Shown piece after piece: positions 10,901 through 24,205 of a stretch of 64,000 nt of DNA. Made by a program: the position numbers and the translations under genes. Each line of letters opens with the position of its first letter. Positions within the stretch are counted from its first letter, which is position 1. The notes beneath the pieces are model-generated. The model saw nothing but the letters and a program-made list of their open reading frames with translations. It searched no databases and was not told the origin of the DNA. The stretch is from Tricharina praecox (Eukaryota), in contig NW_026250444.1 of NCBI RefSeq assembly GCF_024521635.1, positions 62,001 to 126,000 of the forward strand, read 5' to 3'.

Positions 10901-13900
10901 AGTACTACTACGTACGTAGCGGAAACCTCCCGGGAGGCGAAAGCCTAGGGGCTTCTAGGAGGATAGTGCGTCGAGAGAAGGCGGGATTGGAATTCCGTAA
11001 TCTTTAGCTGGTCTTGCTACGAGCTGTTAGCAGGCGAGATTCAGGAATCCGAACTTCTGCCGCCGAGAGGGAGAGCCTACATAGCGGTGTGCTACCCCGC
11101 TTGTAAGTCGATTGTTGGGGTGGAGGATAGGTACTGTGGCTTTCTAGCGGATGATAGGTATCTGGGACCAATATGTAGCGAACGACGGGTCGCCTCTTCT
11201 GACCTGGCCTGGCCAAGTCGATAAAAAGGCGGTATCAATGTGTCACCCGTGTTCGATTTCCCACGAGCCTGCATAGGAAGCGGTCTGGGGGGGGGGGGCG
11301 AGAACCGGCTCCTGGGACCCGGTAAGGTTGATGATTTGAACCAAGGCATCTGCACAGATGTCAGCTGGTGACCTTTTGAAACCTCGCGAAGCCATGTGCA
11401 TGATATCACCCACCAACCAGATTCCAGAGTCGCGGAAGAGTAGCTGCATAGAACTTTCGTTGCGCCGAGGAGGCCGTCACCTGAATGGCGTCCCAAGACG
11501 ACTGTAGCTATGTGAAGCTGAAGGCCTGTCTTGATAGGAGGCGTAGTGGTGGAATAAAACCCGAGCGACGGACGGAAGTAATGTTGGGTTCCCCGCACAC
11601 GTCGCTCTCTCTACCCCAACACCACTAACACGCAGTCTAAGTTGCACTAACGTGCGAAGAATCAAAGATGAAGCCGGTGTTGCCCGGAGGAAATCTTCTT
11701 CGAGGAGGTATATGCGTGTGGGCGGGCATCCCTTTGGAACTTAGGATTTGCAGGAAGACAGAAAGCGATGACGGAGATGGGGGGTTGGCAGGGAGCTTTC
11801 TTTACGATATGTCGGATGGGGACAGTGGTGGGCAGGTAAGTGGTAGAAAGTACACAGCCCAAAAAAAACCTCATTTAAGAGGCAACCCCCTCAATTGTTT
11901 GCTTTTTCGCGCTTAACGCACATATATTTTCCGAACAGCGCACAGAAAATATATAAATCGCCAGTCTGCTTTGCGAATAGCTTGCCAAGGCCCCGATTAG
12001 GCGCGCGGATTACCAGGTGCGGGGAGCCGTCCCGCGTCAATAGGGAGGGGTGTCTCTTTTGGGGTGAGCTTTCCCGGAACAATCCACGGCCGGGCGACAC
12101 CCCAAGGAATAGCCAGCTGGGCCGGCCTCCGATCATCGATGATGTAGGTAGACGCTGCGAGGCACATCGAAGGAGCCGGCCCTGAACATGATCACAAATG
12201 CCGCCAGAAACCGATCGGCCCCCATTGTTGGCCCTGCGCGCGCATTCTAGACTCGCCCGGCTGTAAGACCACTCTCAAGTTCCAAAATACATACTCGCTT
12301 TGAGGACTGCAACGCACGGTAAATATGCCCTCCTGTTTTGCCCATTCGCCGTCCGCTGGAGGACTTGATGTTGGGCACAAGGCGAATCACCTTGAGGCCC
12401 CGGGACAGGACTTTACGGCGAGCGAGACGAGCGGAAGAGCAGCGACGAGACAAGCATGTTCAGGGCTATTCTTTTTTGGTCCCTACGCTTTGTGAGTGAT
12501 ATACAGTGATGCAGTATGGGTCGAGTAAGTAGTACTGATTGGGCGTCCAGCAGTAACTACGGCCATAGTCAGCACCTCAACAGACACATGTTAATCGTAC
12601 GGGTGATGGGGCACCCTTCCACCCTCCCGACTCGGCACGAAGAAGAAGCGGCATTCCATCACGTCGATCAAGGCAAAGCGAAGGCGAAAGTGGTTATCTA
12701 TCAACCCGTCGTCACGTAAAAGCCCAGGGCATCCTTGCTCGGCCATTAGGCTCGAGCTGTTCAAGACTTTTCCCATATCCAAGCCACAAGCTCTTTCCAA
12801 AACGAGCCAAATCTGTTTGGCGCCTGCTCGAATCTCAGCTTGCTTCGTCTGGTGCCCAACACTGCGATGATTCGATACTGCACTCCGGAGTTCGGGCAGT
12901 ATGAAGTGCATGGAATGCCCAATTAAGGAGCTGAAAGTACGGCTGCAACTCAGGGAATAGTGGCGATGATGAGTGGTGATGTGGTTGTGGTGGTGGTGGC
13001 CGGTGATGGTGGGTAGTGGTCATGGTGTTGATGATGCTCCCTGGTTGAAGATGTTCGGGCCTTTTTTGAAAAACTAAGGCAGCCTGCCTGCATACGCACG
13101 ATGCCTATCTACGGTGCCAATTGGAACGGAGCTCTCGGAATGTCTGCACTAGCGCCGTTATATTTGTGCTGCTGATATCGAGGGATTACCGATGTTAGGT
13201 CAATGATCTTCCACACGAGACCACGCACACCGCTCGTGGGGGGTGGGGGAGGTGACTGGCGCATCAAGGAGCTTCGTTTCAAACTTCCTCCTGACTCTGT
13301 GGATCGAGTTTATTGCCCACAAGACCCATTGCTCTCCGTAACCCCCGGTTGCTTGCCCATATTCTTGCACGAAGCTGTATACTGCACTGGGGCCTGGAGT
13401 ATAACCCCCGCACATACGCATTTGCGCGGGACAGCTCGCTCAAGCAGCCCACATGTAGAGAAGATTGGGTAGTGTATGTCTCGGCGGGGGCTTCCGATCA
13501 CCCGATAAATTCCTCATGTACTCCATCACGATACAACGGATGGTTAGCGGGCCGATGTGTGTCGATGGGGCAGATGAAACCGAATGAATAGATCCAATCA
13601 GACCAGTTCGGAAAGTCCACGTCGGAACCAGACGCGTATATCTGCATCTTCCCCGCCCTCTCCGTGCCATGACTGTACGTATGTATGTATGTACCAGTCA
13701 ACTCCCTGGACAGCGCAATTCTTGACCACCCGACTGTAATCCAGGGAGAAGCTGATGTTCCACTCCACCCCACTACTCACTCTAGAGTTGGGTGGACCGG
13801 CGCATTCTTTGGTTTTGTCGAATTCTTGATCCGTTGATATTACCTGTGCTATGCATGAGGAACCATGGAGATATGCCACGTATCTGAGGTCATAACCGCC

Positions 13901-14755
13901 TAGACCCTGGATGGTATCAATCGAGGAATGAGTGGGAAGATTGATGGGGATGCGGGGTTTGATTCACTTCCTCGACGAGGATCGATGGTTAGGTGGTAGG
14001 CGCTAGCCGAAGCTTTTCATGGCGGACAAAGCAATGGAGTTCATGGATCGCAATCCGCGGCGGAATGCTCAGGGAGCAGCTTGAGCTTGAAGCCTGTGAA
14101 CACTAACACGAGTTAGCATAGGTAGGGCCGGGATATGTATGCACTCTGCTCCAGTGCAGCGTGAGGACCACAGAATGGGGACCAGTTGGACTTGCAAAAG
14201 ATGAGGAAAGGGTGTGGACGGTGTTCGGTCAGCACGAAGGTCAGGGGGGAGGATGCTGCGATGATCGGAGATTGGATGAATGCGGAAGCACTTTTGAATA
14301 TGTTGTGATATTGTTTGTTTTAGGTCCATCGTCGTCATGGAACGATACATGCATGCGTTTCCGGCCAGGTTTTTTTTGGCACATATGCGTGCAGGAGTAG
14401 ACGTGCACTCATAAGCTGTCACTCGCCTCCAGTCGCTAACATCTGCCGAAAGAGCTATGGGTTGCGATAACAGCTAGCTTATGGCTTTTTTTTCTCTCCT
14501 GCCTTAGAAGCAGCAGGTTCAGCTAAGTACAACTGTCCGGTTGGGTGAATGGTAACCAGTATGTAGTTACTCTACAGTGTGATGTCGAATACCGCAGCAC
14601 ACCAGGTCTTCGATGATGTCAGGCTTCGGTGACACTAACAGAGTAGGGGTGAGCACGACCACCCCGGTTTGTTGCGGTGGTGTGTTGCGCAAATCCGTAG
14701 TTGCATGGAGTGTCCCTCCTCTCCTGCACAGAATATGCATTTTGATAGTCCTATA

Positions 14756-14936
14756 ATTTTAGGCTGGGTCGGTCTGTGATGGCTTGAGTCGGCTGCGTGA
14801 ATCAGCTGGCCGTATCTTTTAGGCCGGCCGGGCTGCGATGGCTCGAGTCGGCTGCTTGAATCAGCTGGCCGGATCTTTCAAGCCGGTCGAGCTGCGATAG
14901 CTCGAGTCGGGCTGCTCGAATCAGCTGGCCGTATCC
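14756..14936. repeat. About 59-60-bp tandem repeat x3
   Basis: Unit approximately TTTTAGGCCGGCCGGGCTGCGATGGCTCGAGTCGGCTGCTTGAATCAGCTGGCCGKATC; three diverged copies. Confidence 0.85.
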
Positions 14937-16223
14937 TTTCCCTCATTGCGATTGAACGAGATGGCCGGTTAGACTGCCGAGCGACTCCATCAACCAAAAC
15001 CGACTACCGAGCGTCATTGTCACCCAGATCAACCCGTGGGTAGGCAAGGTGGGTACTTGATAGTATGGTGCGTTCGGCTGGCCAATATGCAAATCAATCG
15101 AGGACCGCATGTACCGGTATTTGGCGGTGAGGGTTGCAGTCGTGGAGAGCGCTGTCATTATTGTCAGCAGGCTCGTGAATCGTGCGACCCCTCCTCGAGA
15201 AAGCACCTTAACCTGTAGTATAACCTGTTCTCCCTGGTCGTCGACGCGATTATCTGTATGGCCTTCCGCTCGACTGTCACGCGAGGTCTTCACGGGGGGA
15301 GCTTGTCTTGGTAAGCATGTTTCCGTCTCGGTCCTAGCATGGCTGGTGACGCTGCAGAAGGTGTGTAAGCTAGTTGAGATGCCCAGCGGTGCAGCAGCTC
15401 CGGGTGTGGGATTGCGGATTGCAATAGAGTAGAGTAGATGGTCGTGTAAGTACGTAGAGGTTTCGGAGAGGAAGCGGTAACTATGCGGTCACAGTGCGCC
15501 GCCACAGTACCGAGAGATTTCGGAGTGGGAGTGGTAACCATGCCGCCAGGTATTACAGTGCACCGCCACAATGCGCCCCAGCAAGAAGGTGTGGCTGATG
15601 CGGTGTGAGCATTCCGAGCCAGACTCCAAGACGGCCAACTTCCAAGACAGCCCAAGACGGCCATCAAGGTCCTCCGCGACGCCCAAGACGGCGATGCCAA
15701 GACTTCCAAACGCACACACGAAACAAACACTCTACACAGCAGGCGAGTCACTGCTACATACCTCCGAGCTCTGGCCGTCAACCATGATCGGCCGTTCTTC
15801 CGGCAGCTTTTCAGGTATCGTCATATGGCTGGTAAGACCCAGCTGCCAGTCAGAACTGCCCTTGACCTGGCTTGACGCTTATCGACCCCCCCGAAGCCCA
15901 GAGCCAGAAGCGAACCTTCAACCAACTTTAAGGCGAAAGTCCCGATTTCTACCCGCTATCGGCGCCATCCCCCGCCAATTCTTCGAAAAACCAATCCCCA
16001 TCCGCGCTCCTTCCTTCTGCTCTAACCCTCGATACTCTACGCACGATCCACCTCACGTTCCTCTCTTCCCCGCACCCTCTCCCCTCCAATCTGAACCAAC
16101 CGCCAAGTTCGTTGCCGGAGGCCGCGGCGGCGAAGTTCCCAGGACCGGACTGACCATCTACATACCTGACGACAGTGTGGGGCAGGGGAACATCACGCAT
16201 AACTATTTAAAGTACCTAGCTTC

Positions 16224-19200
16224 ATGTCTGGAACTCCGCAGCACACCGCGATTGGCTGGCGGCCGTCGACGGCGGCCAATCCTAGCCACTCATGGTCAGC
16301 AGAAGGACATGGACATGGACTAGGAGATGGCGAGAGTGAGAGTGAGGGAGAAGGAGAAGGAGAATGGGGCGGCGTATCTCTAGTAGCACACGAGGTGGGG
16401 CTTCAGCTGTCCAACGAATCTGCCGACGGAGAGCGGCATGAACCAAGATCGCCACTGTCAGCAATCCTCGACCTCGGTGCAGCTGCTGCAGCCCGAGCAG
16501 AAGCAGAAGGTGGCGGTGGAGTGCGGTCTCGCGGCGCTTACCGCCATTCATCGCCAGCGAACCTGAGATCCCCAACAGCGGGGACGGACACGGCAGAGAC
16601 GCCATCTTCTTTACTCTGGTCCTCGAGTGATAATCCAGCTCCTCGAAATAGTAACCGACTCCGCTTTCGCGAACATTCGGAAACGCCGCTTAATCCGACA
16701 ACGTCCGACTCGACGCCCCCACATCCATCAACACCATCGTCGACTCCCGTCGGCGTAGCCCGCGACCGTACGAACGGATTCTCGCACATGCCGCACTCGC
16801 TTCGCAGACGCTCGGTCCCCCGTGCTGGTCGATCGCCCGACCTCCACGTTTTCGAGGATACGATCGAAGGAGAACTGGCCGACTCCGAGAGTGAGGTGGA
16901 GATGGAGGTGGAGGAGGGGGCTACTACGTTAGAACGTCGCGGCGCCCCTAGCGCCCTTGCCTCCGTCACCACTACCACCACTAACAACGATATCTGGAAC
17001 ACCACAGCTGCTGGTAGCCGCTGGGAGGACAATCTCCAATCGCCACCGTCGTTCGGCTCGTCAGGCAGCCAGTTATCGTCGTCGTCGGTGGCGTCGGACT
17101 TTGGAGGTGCTGCCATCACGCCGCGAGATACACAGGCAACGTCCATCGTCGGGAAGGAATTAGGCCTGTTTGCGTACGAAGAAATCGATACCGACGACGA
17201 CGACGAAGGTGGCATCTCGTTCGACATGGAGATTGATGATGACAGCGTTTCGGTCGGAGCCATGCATCCGTCACCAGCAATGGCCGTAGACGAGCTTCTC
17301 CCAAGTAGCTTCACGACTCGATCGCTGTCGCCCGTTGGTGGAGGAGGAGGCGAGCTGACAGAAACCGTACAACTTCTGAATGGGGGCGCTGGCGGGAGCG
17401 AAGTATCTTCGACGTCGGCCATGCAACTCGATTTTGAAGTTGAGTACCCATCTCCGCCATCAGCGTCGGGACTGTTTTCCTCTGTCCCTCCTTCTCCTGC
17501 TTCGCCCACGGACCCGCAAGCTCCTACCACACCTTTCTCCGGGCCATCATCCCCGAGTTCAGATGTTGCAACAGCGGCATCCGACGAGGAGGAAGAGCAG
17601 GAGATGCATATACCTCCCAGCCAACCTACAGACAACGATGAATCGTCTCCAGCAAGCCCTCCTACAGTACCTACACCGATTGCCGAGCTCATCATCGACT
17701 ACCCGCCAACCTCGTTCTTGGAGAATCACCCCCATATCTTCGCCTATCCCGAATACATGACTGTGCCAGCATTCTTCCCGGACCTGTTCACGAACCCGCC
17801 TACCATTTCACACGTCGCGTCCCTCGTCAATCTCGCTTCTGCGCAGGCCATAAACCCGTTCGATGACCACGACGAACACCCTAATGATGTGATATTCGAC
17901 GATGCTCTGGTGACGCAAGAGATGGACAAGTACAATTCGGACTTTGCGAATTTCTGCGGTCAGCTGTGGCATTCGCAGATACCGTCGATACGAGATCACT
18001 ATCGCTGCGGCAACCACTCGCCACCGCACATTTCATCGGAAGGGTTGAATATCGCCGAATGGTCACGGACACGGCCTGCCGAGATTACGCGAGAGGATGT
18101 GGATATCGGCTCAGACATCCAGGGAATACAGTGGGACAAACTCGAGCTGGGAAGGAAGGAAGCGAGGAGATGGAGGCAGGGGAGATATATCAACTACCGC
18201 AACATCCAGAGTTTCACCAAGGAAGGGCGGGTATGTTACTGCCTTCGGGGCATTGGGGCAGTTTCTAACTAACGTACAGCAGCAGCCAATCAGGTCGAAT
18301 CGCGAATTCTTCACTTTCCTCCGACATAATACCCTTCGATGCCGGCTGATGCACTTCCAACTGCGCAACGTGCTTGCCCTGACCGACAGAAACAATATAT
18401 TCTTTTCGAACGGCGACCAGGTCACCTCGTTCCACCCAGTCACAAACACGATCCGACAGCCCTTCCTCGACCTCAGCGACGAAGCCCATGGCGACTATTA
18501 CCCCATCCGCATCTCCACCCTCGGAGCCTGCGGGGGCCCTGACGCGGTTCTCATGGCCGGAGGTTTTAATGGCACCTTCGCCATCAAACCGCTGAACGCG
18601 AACATATCGGACCCTCCCATAACCGGCGCGATAACGGGCCACGAAAACGGTATAACAAACCATATTCAGATAATCCGCTCGCGGCGCACGTCTACCCCTC
18701 AAGCCGTAATCTGCAGCAACGACAACCACATCCGAATCCTGGACATCGTCGACCCTCGCCGACGTTTCATATCTCACCACAGTTTCGCATGGGCCGTAAA
18801 CTGCAGTGCCACATCCCCGGACTCGCGCCTCCGCGCCGTAGTCGGCGACTCCAAAGACGTCCTCATCGTCGACGCCGAGCGCGGCCGCACCGAGTTCACA
18901 CTCCCGGGCCACCAAGACTTTGGCTTCGCGGCAGCGTGGTCAGACGACGGCTACACGATCGCCACGGGCAACCAAGACCAAACAGTGCGCATCTTCGACG
19001 CGCGAAACCTCTCGTCCACGCTCAAGACCTTCTCCATGACCATGGCTGGCTGCAGGACTCTGAAATTCTCGCCCATGGGCAACGGCAATCGCCAGGTCCT
19101 GGCCATGGCCGAGCCCGCGGACCTGCTGCACTTCGTCGACACGAAGACGTGGGAGCACGCGCAGACGGTCAGCTTCTGGGGAGAGGTCGGCGGCCTCGAC

Positions 19201-19452
19201 TTTACGCCCGACGGCGAGCAGGTCGTCGTCGCTAACTGTGATCGCTACGTCGGCGGCGTCATGACTTTGCAGCGCAAGAAGGGCACCGATTGGTACCCTG
19301 ATTGGACTCCGGACTGGGAGGAGAAGAAGACTGCCGAGGAGGAGAAGTTCATCGAGGTTGATGGAGGGACGAGATTGGGCAGGAGGGAGAGGACGGGGAA
19401 GGGCGGCAGGTGGAAACGGCTCGGCTCGGGTGGGCTGGCGGTCATGGTTTAG
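16224..19452 (+). CDS. WD40-repeat protein, DUF2415-like, with a long acidic/Ser-rich N-terminus; exons 16224-18230 and 18280-19452 (about 1059 aa)
   Basis: Intron GTATGT..CTAAC..CAG (18231-18279) joins the two ORFs in frame. Motifs DIQGIQW, HFQLRNVL, ITNHI, WAVNCSATSPD, GHQDFGFAAAWSDDGYTIATGNQDQTVRIFD, AMAEPADLLH. Confidence 0.85.
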
Positions 19453-20419
19453 TTTAATTTTTTGCACATTGCTTGTGGATTGGCTCGTCGCGGTCGGTTG
19501 CTTAGGTTGGATACTATTAGGAGTTGGGAGTCGCACATTTTCTACTGTTTTTTTTCCGTTTTTTTTCCGTTTTTTTTCTTGCCTTTCTTGCCTTTCTTGC
19601 CCGACGATGAACTTACTCACTTACTTACTTATGGACTACTTCTTCGGTTTTGCTTACGGGTTTTATTTTCATGGTGCCGCTGTGCTAGGGTGTAGGTAGT
19701 GACCGTCATGATTGATGAATTGAAGCTTCACTCTGTTCTCTGTCTGCCGCGTTGGTTGGTCGGTCACTCGACGTCGACGACGGTGAAGGGAATAGGTACT
19801 CGCATTGTCCATTCGCCCTCATGTCTACCTATTCTAGATTTCCAGTAGTCCTCACTCTCGCCTTGCCTTGCTCCACTCCATTCGCTCGCACCTCGCCGCC
19901 ATTAACCCTAATCCCGTTACTGAGATACTAAGAAACAAAGCGCAAATGATCCTCTGGATGTTTCATATCACTCGATCATGAAAACAAAAGTTTTTGGGTC
20001 AAAGAAAGAAGAAAGATATCATCTCACATTGTCCTCTCACAGCTGTTCCATTCCATTCACTCTCACCCGCCATTCACCCCCCACTTCTCGCCCTCGTCCG
20101 CCCGTTTTATAGAATCAAAGAAGAAGAAGAAAAAAAGAAAAGAAAAGTCAAGTCAAGTAAATGACCAGAAACAAGAAAACAAGAAAACAGGATATCATCC
20201 ACCACCACCAACAGCACCACCACGAGCACGCATAATTCGCTACAAGTAGAGTAGAGTAATCCACCCGCCAAAGAAAAGAAGAAAACCCCGCCGGCCGCCA
20301 AATCAAAAATCAAAAAGAACATCAATCAATCAATCAATCAATCAAATATTAATACCTCCCTCCCCACCCTCCTGCTCATACCGCACACGCACGCCTAACA
20401 TTACTTACATACATACATA

Positions 20420-23400
20420 CTACATCTCGCTTTCGGAATAATGATGCCACCCTCCCCCTCCAGAGTGATACTGACTCGGTGGCGGGGGCGGGTAACCGGC
20501 AGCGGCAGCGGCGGCCCGATTCGCGTCTGGCGCCCAACTGCTCTGGGGGGCTCTCAGGCGACGTTCTATATCCCCACATCAGTAACAAAACCACAAAAGC
20601 GAGAGAGAAAAGGGGGGAAAAGGGAGGGTACCTTTCTCGAAGTCGCCCCAGCGCTTCATGACGATCTTGCTGGAGTCGAATTCGCCCTCGTCGTCGTGTG
20701 CATCGCCCTTACTCTCGCCCTCGACCTTACGAGTATCACCCCACGAGAAGTCATCGAACTTCCAGAACGCGTAACTGGGGAGGACCAAGTTCCAAATGGG
20801 CAGGGAAAGGAGGTAGATCAGCATCCAGAGTACGTAGCTCCAGCGGTGAGCGGTGAGGACGATGAGCACGGCGGGCAGGCCCAGGATCATGGCGAGCAGG
20901 ACCAGCGGGATTATCGGCACCGGCCGTGTGTACGTCGAGATGATGATCAGGTAGAAGGTGAATGCTATTGCGGCGGGGAGCACGAGCGTGCCGATCAGCT
21001 CGATGAAGACGACGAATTGCATGCTGAAGCAGAAGGTCCCGCAGAGATCCCTAACCAAGACGAGCTCCATGAGGTTGTGCACCGTCGAGTTGATCCAGCG
21101 GCGGCGTTGCGAGAGGAGGACTTTGAATTCGTCGGGGACAACGGTTTTGCACACGGCCTGCGGCACGAAGATCTGTTTGCGCTTGGGGAAGGTCTTGAGC
21201 ATGAGTGTCGACAGGTAACGATCTTCTCCCAGGAGCAGCAGGTTCTTGGTGTGCAGGGTTTCAACCACGTTCTCCGAGTAATGCTCGACGACGTCCGGGT
21301 TGGCGAGGATCGGGACCCAGTAGTTCTGTCCGCCTTTGGGTGCCTTGATACGGTACATACAGAAACATCCGGGCAGACAGGTGACACCTCCAAAGACCGA
21401 TTCGAACGCCTTGGTAAGATGATGCGAGATGAAGTATTCGAACACTTGAATCATGGACACCCAGGAGGCCGTTTTGTTTGCGATCTTCGTCTCTCCGCAG
21501 AGTCCCATAATCTCGGGATCGTGGACCATGGCACCGACCATGTGGGTGACCGAGTCGGGGAACACCTTGGTATCGGCGTCGACCATGAGCACCATCTCGT
21601 AGTAATCTGGCGACATTCCAGTGATCTTCCAGATTCCGTTGAACATCTCGAACTCCAGCTCCGTCATACGCTCGTCGAACATGACCTTCTGCAGGAAACT
21701 CATCAGAATGATCTGGGAATCGCGCTTTCCTCTGTTACCGGCCTTCTTCGTTTCCGCGGGGGTACCGCACTTGACCACGACGAGCATGGGCACGCGCTGC
21801 TGCTTGTCCTCGGGGACCTGCGAGTTGTCACCGTAGTCGTAGAATCCGGCGTAGACCTTTGCCATGTTGTGACGCTTGGAACCCGATGCGACAGCCACGT
21901 ACGAGAACGCGGGGACCTTCTCGGGCGGGGTAGCGTGGTCCTTCATCATCGAGAGGATGACATCCGGCGTCGTCATGGTTTCTCCGTGACCCATAATCAT
22001 ACCGTCGCAGACGATCAGCATGAGCTTGTGCGAGTTCGGGTAATCGGTGGTCGCGATCGAGTCGAGGGTGGTGCGGACTCCCTGCTCGCCTTCCGAGTAA
22101 CAGGTGATGAGACACATGCAGTGAGCGAGCGGGAATCCGTGAGGCTGGTACTCTGGAGGCGGCTGGGGGACAACGGCCTCGTGGACGAAGCCGGCAGGAC
22201 TACTGCCTTCCTCGCTGAATACCTGACTGAACCTGTCGCCCGGCACTCCGGATCCGTAGGAAGGGTTCAACAGTTGCGAGCTGACGCCAGAGTTCATGCC
22301 GCTGATGCTTGCTTGGGATCCATTGCCCTGGGAGTACAAATTCGAGCCGGGGGCCAGGTGTCGCCCGCTGGAGGTCTGCGAGCCCATCGTCGTCATGGTC
22401 GGCTTGTGTCTGCTCTGAGGGCGATCGGCGGCGTAGGGACTAGTGAACCTACTAGTCGTGGGAAGGAAGCTGCCCCTCTTGGCGGATCGATCGGTGTTGT
22501 TTGCGTCCTGGAGTTTGGGTGCCGGGCGGTAGATGTCATCGGCCCAGTCCTCGATCTCGTTCCGTCTTGCCTTCAGGTTCTTCCTCGAGGCGGCATCCCG
22601 GTTCGCACCGAGCCTCCAACTCAGGAACCATCCAAAAAACAGGGCGAGGATGAACTTGATGAGCACGATGCTGACGATGAAGGCGAGCGACACGTAGAGC
22701 ACGACCTGGGAAGCGATGCACCCAACGGTCTCAGTGTCGATGCTTCCGACCCTGATGATCTCGTTAAGACATTTTGCCATCTGCCTCTCCTCGTTGGCCT
22801 GGAATCGATGGGTGATGTCTGTTCCGCGCAGAGCGCTGTTCTGTCGGATCTCGTCGAATTTGGATGTGTACACGACCTGGTTCCGGTCGAGCCAGGTGAG
22901 CAGGTTCAGATCGAGGACGCTACCCGAGTAGACGACCAGGTTCCTGGACGAGTTCCGGATGTCTTCCCACTTGTAGTAGACGTCGCCGTACACCTTCATT
23001 TTCCAGTAGGCCTGGCGAGCCACCTCGGTCGTGTGGCATCCCCAGCCCTCGTACTGTCCCTCGCCGAGCGTCGAGTTTGGCTGCGAAGAGCCGTCGGGTC
23101 GGAAGGCCTTACACGGGAAGTACCAGGCCAGATCTCCGTTGGAGGAGGTGACCACGTCGGAATTGTCGGCGGCGGTGATCAGCCCTTTGCAGTGACCGTT
23201 GACGTTCTGGAACAGGAACGAGATGTCCATGCCGCCGTAGCCGACCCCGCCTTCGACCGGGAGATTGTACAGTAGGTTGGTGCCGGCCGGGATGTCGACG
23301 GCGGCAGGATGCGTCATGAGGTTCATGTTGTAGGCGCGGCCGTGGATGATCATGTAGCCTCTGTCCAGACCCAGCGGCTTCAGTCGTTCGGTGGCGTTCC

Positions 23401-24205
23401 CACAGACGGCCTGGGTGAATCCGAAGGTGAGGAAGCCGACGAACGCACAGATCAGCACGATGAGCGAGATCAATCCCATCTTCTCCCGCCACGCCCTCGC
23501 CTGAGCCTTCTGCGGCTTGCCAAAGCACCTCAACACGGCATCCGGACACCAGAACGTGACGATCGCGCAGTAGACATTCCACGCGCTCGGCGGGCTCAGC
23601 GTCTCCTTCTGCTGCTTCTTGGCCATGGCCTTTTCATTGTACGACTGCCTCTTTGTCGATTGTCTCTGCAGCTTTTTCGGCGCAGCAGCTCTGCTAGTCG
23701 CCGCCCCACCACCGCCGCCAATCGGCCGCTCATCATCATACTCCCTCTGCTGATGCCTCGCAAAACTCTTGAGATCCGTCTCCTCGGTGCTCGTGCTCGT
23801 CGACGCCGCCTCCTGATCCTCAATTATCGGATCGTTCCCGGTGGACGAGGGCATGACATCGACGCCCCTCTGCTGCGCGTGCTGGCGGTAGTAGTAATTA
23901 GGATGATCCTTTCCAATGCGCATGCGCTCAGGCTTGACCAGGCTCTTCTTCCTGCCCAGATCAGGGCCCGGCGTGCCCGTTCCATCGGAGTACGGGCCCG
24001 GCGATCCGATAGGCGACATGGGCGTTGACAACTGCGCAGGCCGCCGCGACTCCTCGCCCGCCGGTGGGAAATATCCTGCTCCGCCTCCTCCTCCGCCGCT
24101 GCCACCGCCTCCACCTCCGCCGCTGCCTTCTAGATCTTGGTATCGACTACGTCGCGCCGAGCGGGTCGTGGGCGTGCCCGGGTTCGGACGCGGTGGTAAC
24201 GACAT
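20420..24205 (-). CDS. CHS3: Class IV chitin synthase (yeast Chs3 type); exons 24205-20632 and 20565-20420
   Basis: AWREKMGL, cytochrome-b5-like region, [45 protein letters not shown]; no myosin domain. A 66-nt intron (20631-20566) gives the C-terminus ..HHYSESEM*. Confidence 0.97.

Noticed and set aside
13820..13910. tRNA-like A box (GGTCTAGGCGGTTATGAC) on the minus strand
   Set aside because: No convincing B box at the right distance and no cloverleaf.
11900..14420. Short protein-like ORF pieces
   Set aside because: No family recognisable by eye and no consistent gene structure; needs BLASTX.
16538..17695. 385-aa minus-strand ORF (similarly 50730-51701 poly-Leu and 32275-32976)
   Set aside because: Antisense to real genes; the poly-Leu is the complement of the Sin3 polyQ.
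19903..19915. TAACCCTAATCCC telomere-like sequence
   Set aside because: Only about two imperfect units, between two convergent genes.
20441..23275. 944-aa plus-strand ORF
   Set aside because: Antisense shadow of the GC3-rich chitin synthase CDS; no domain-like content.
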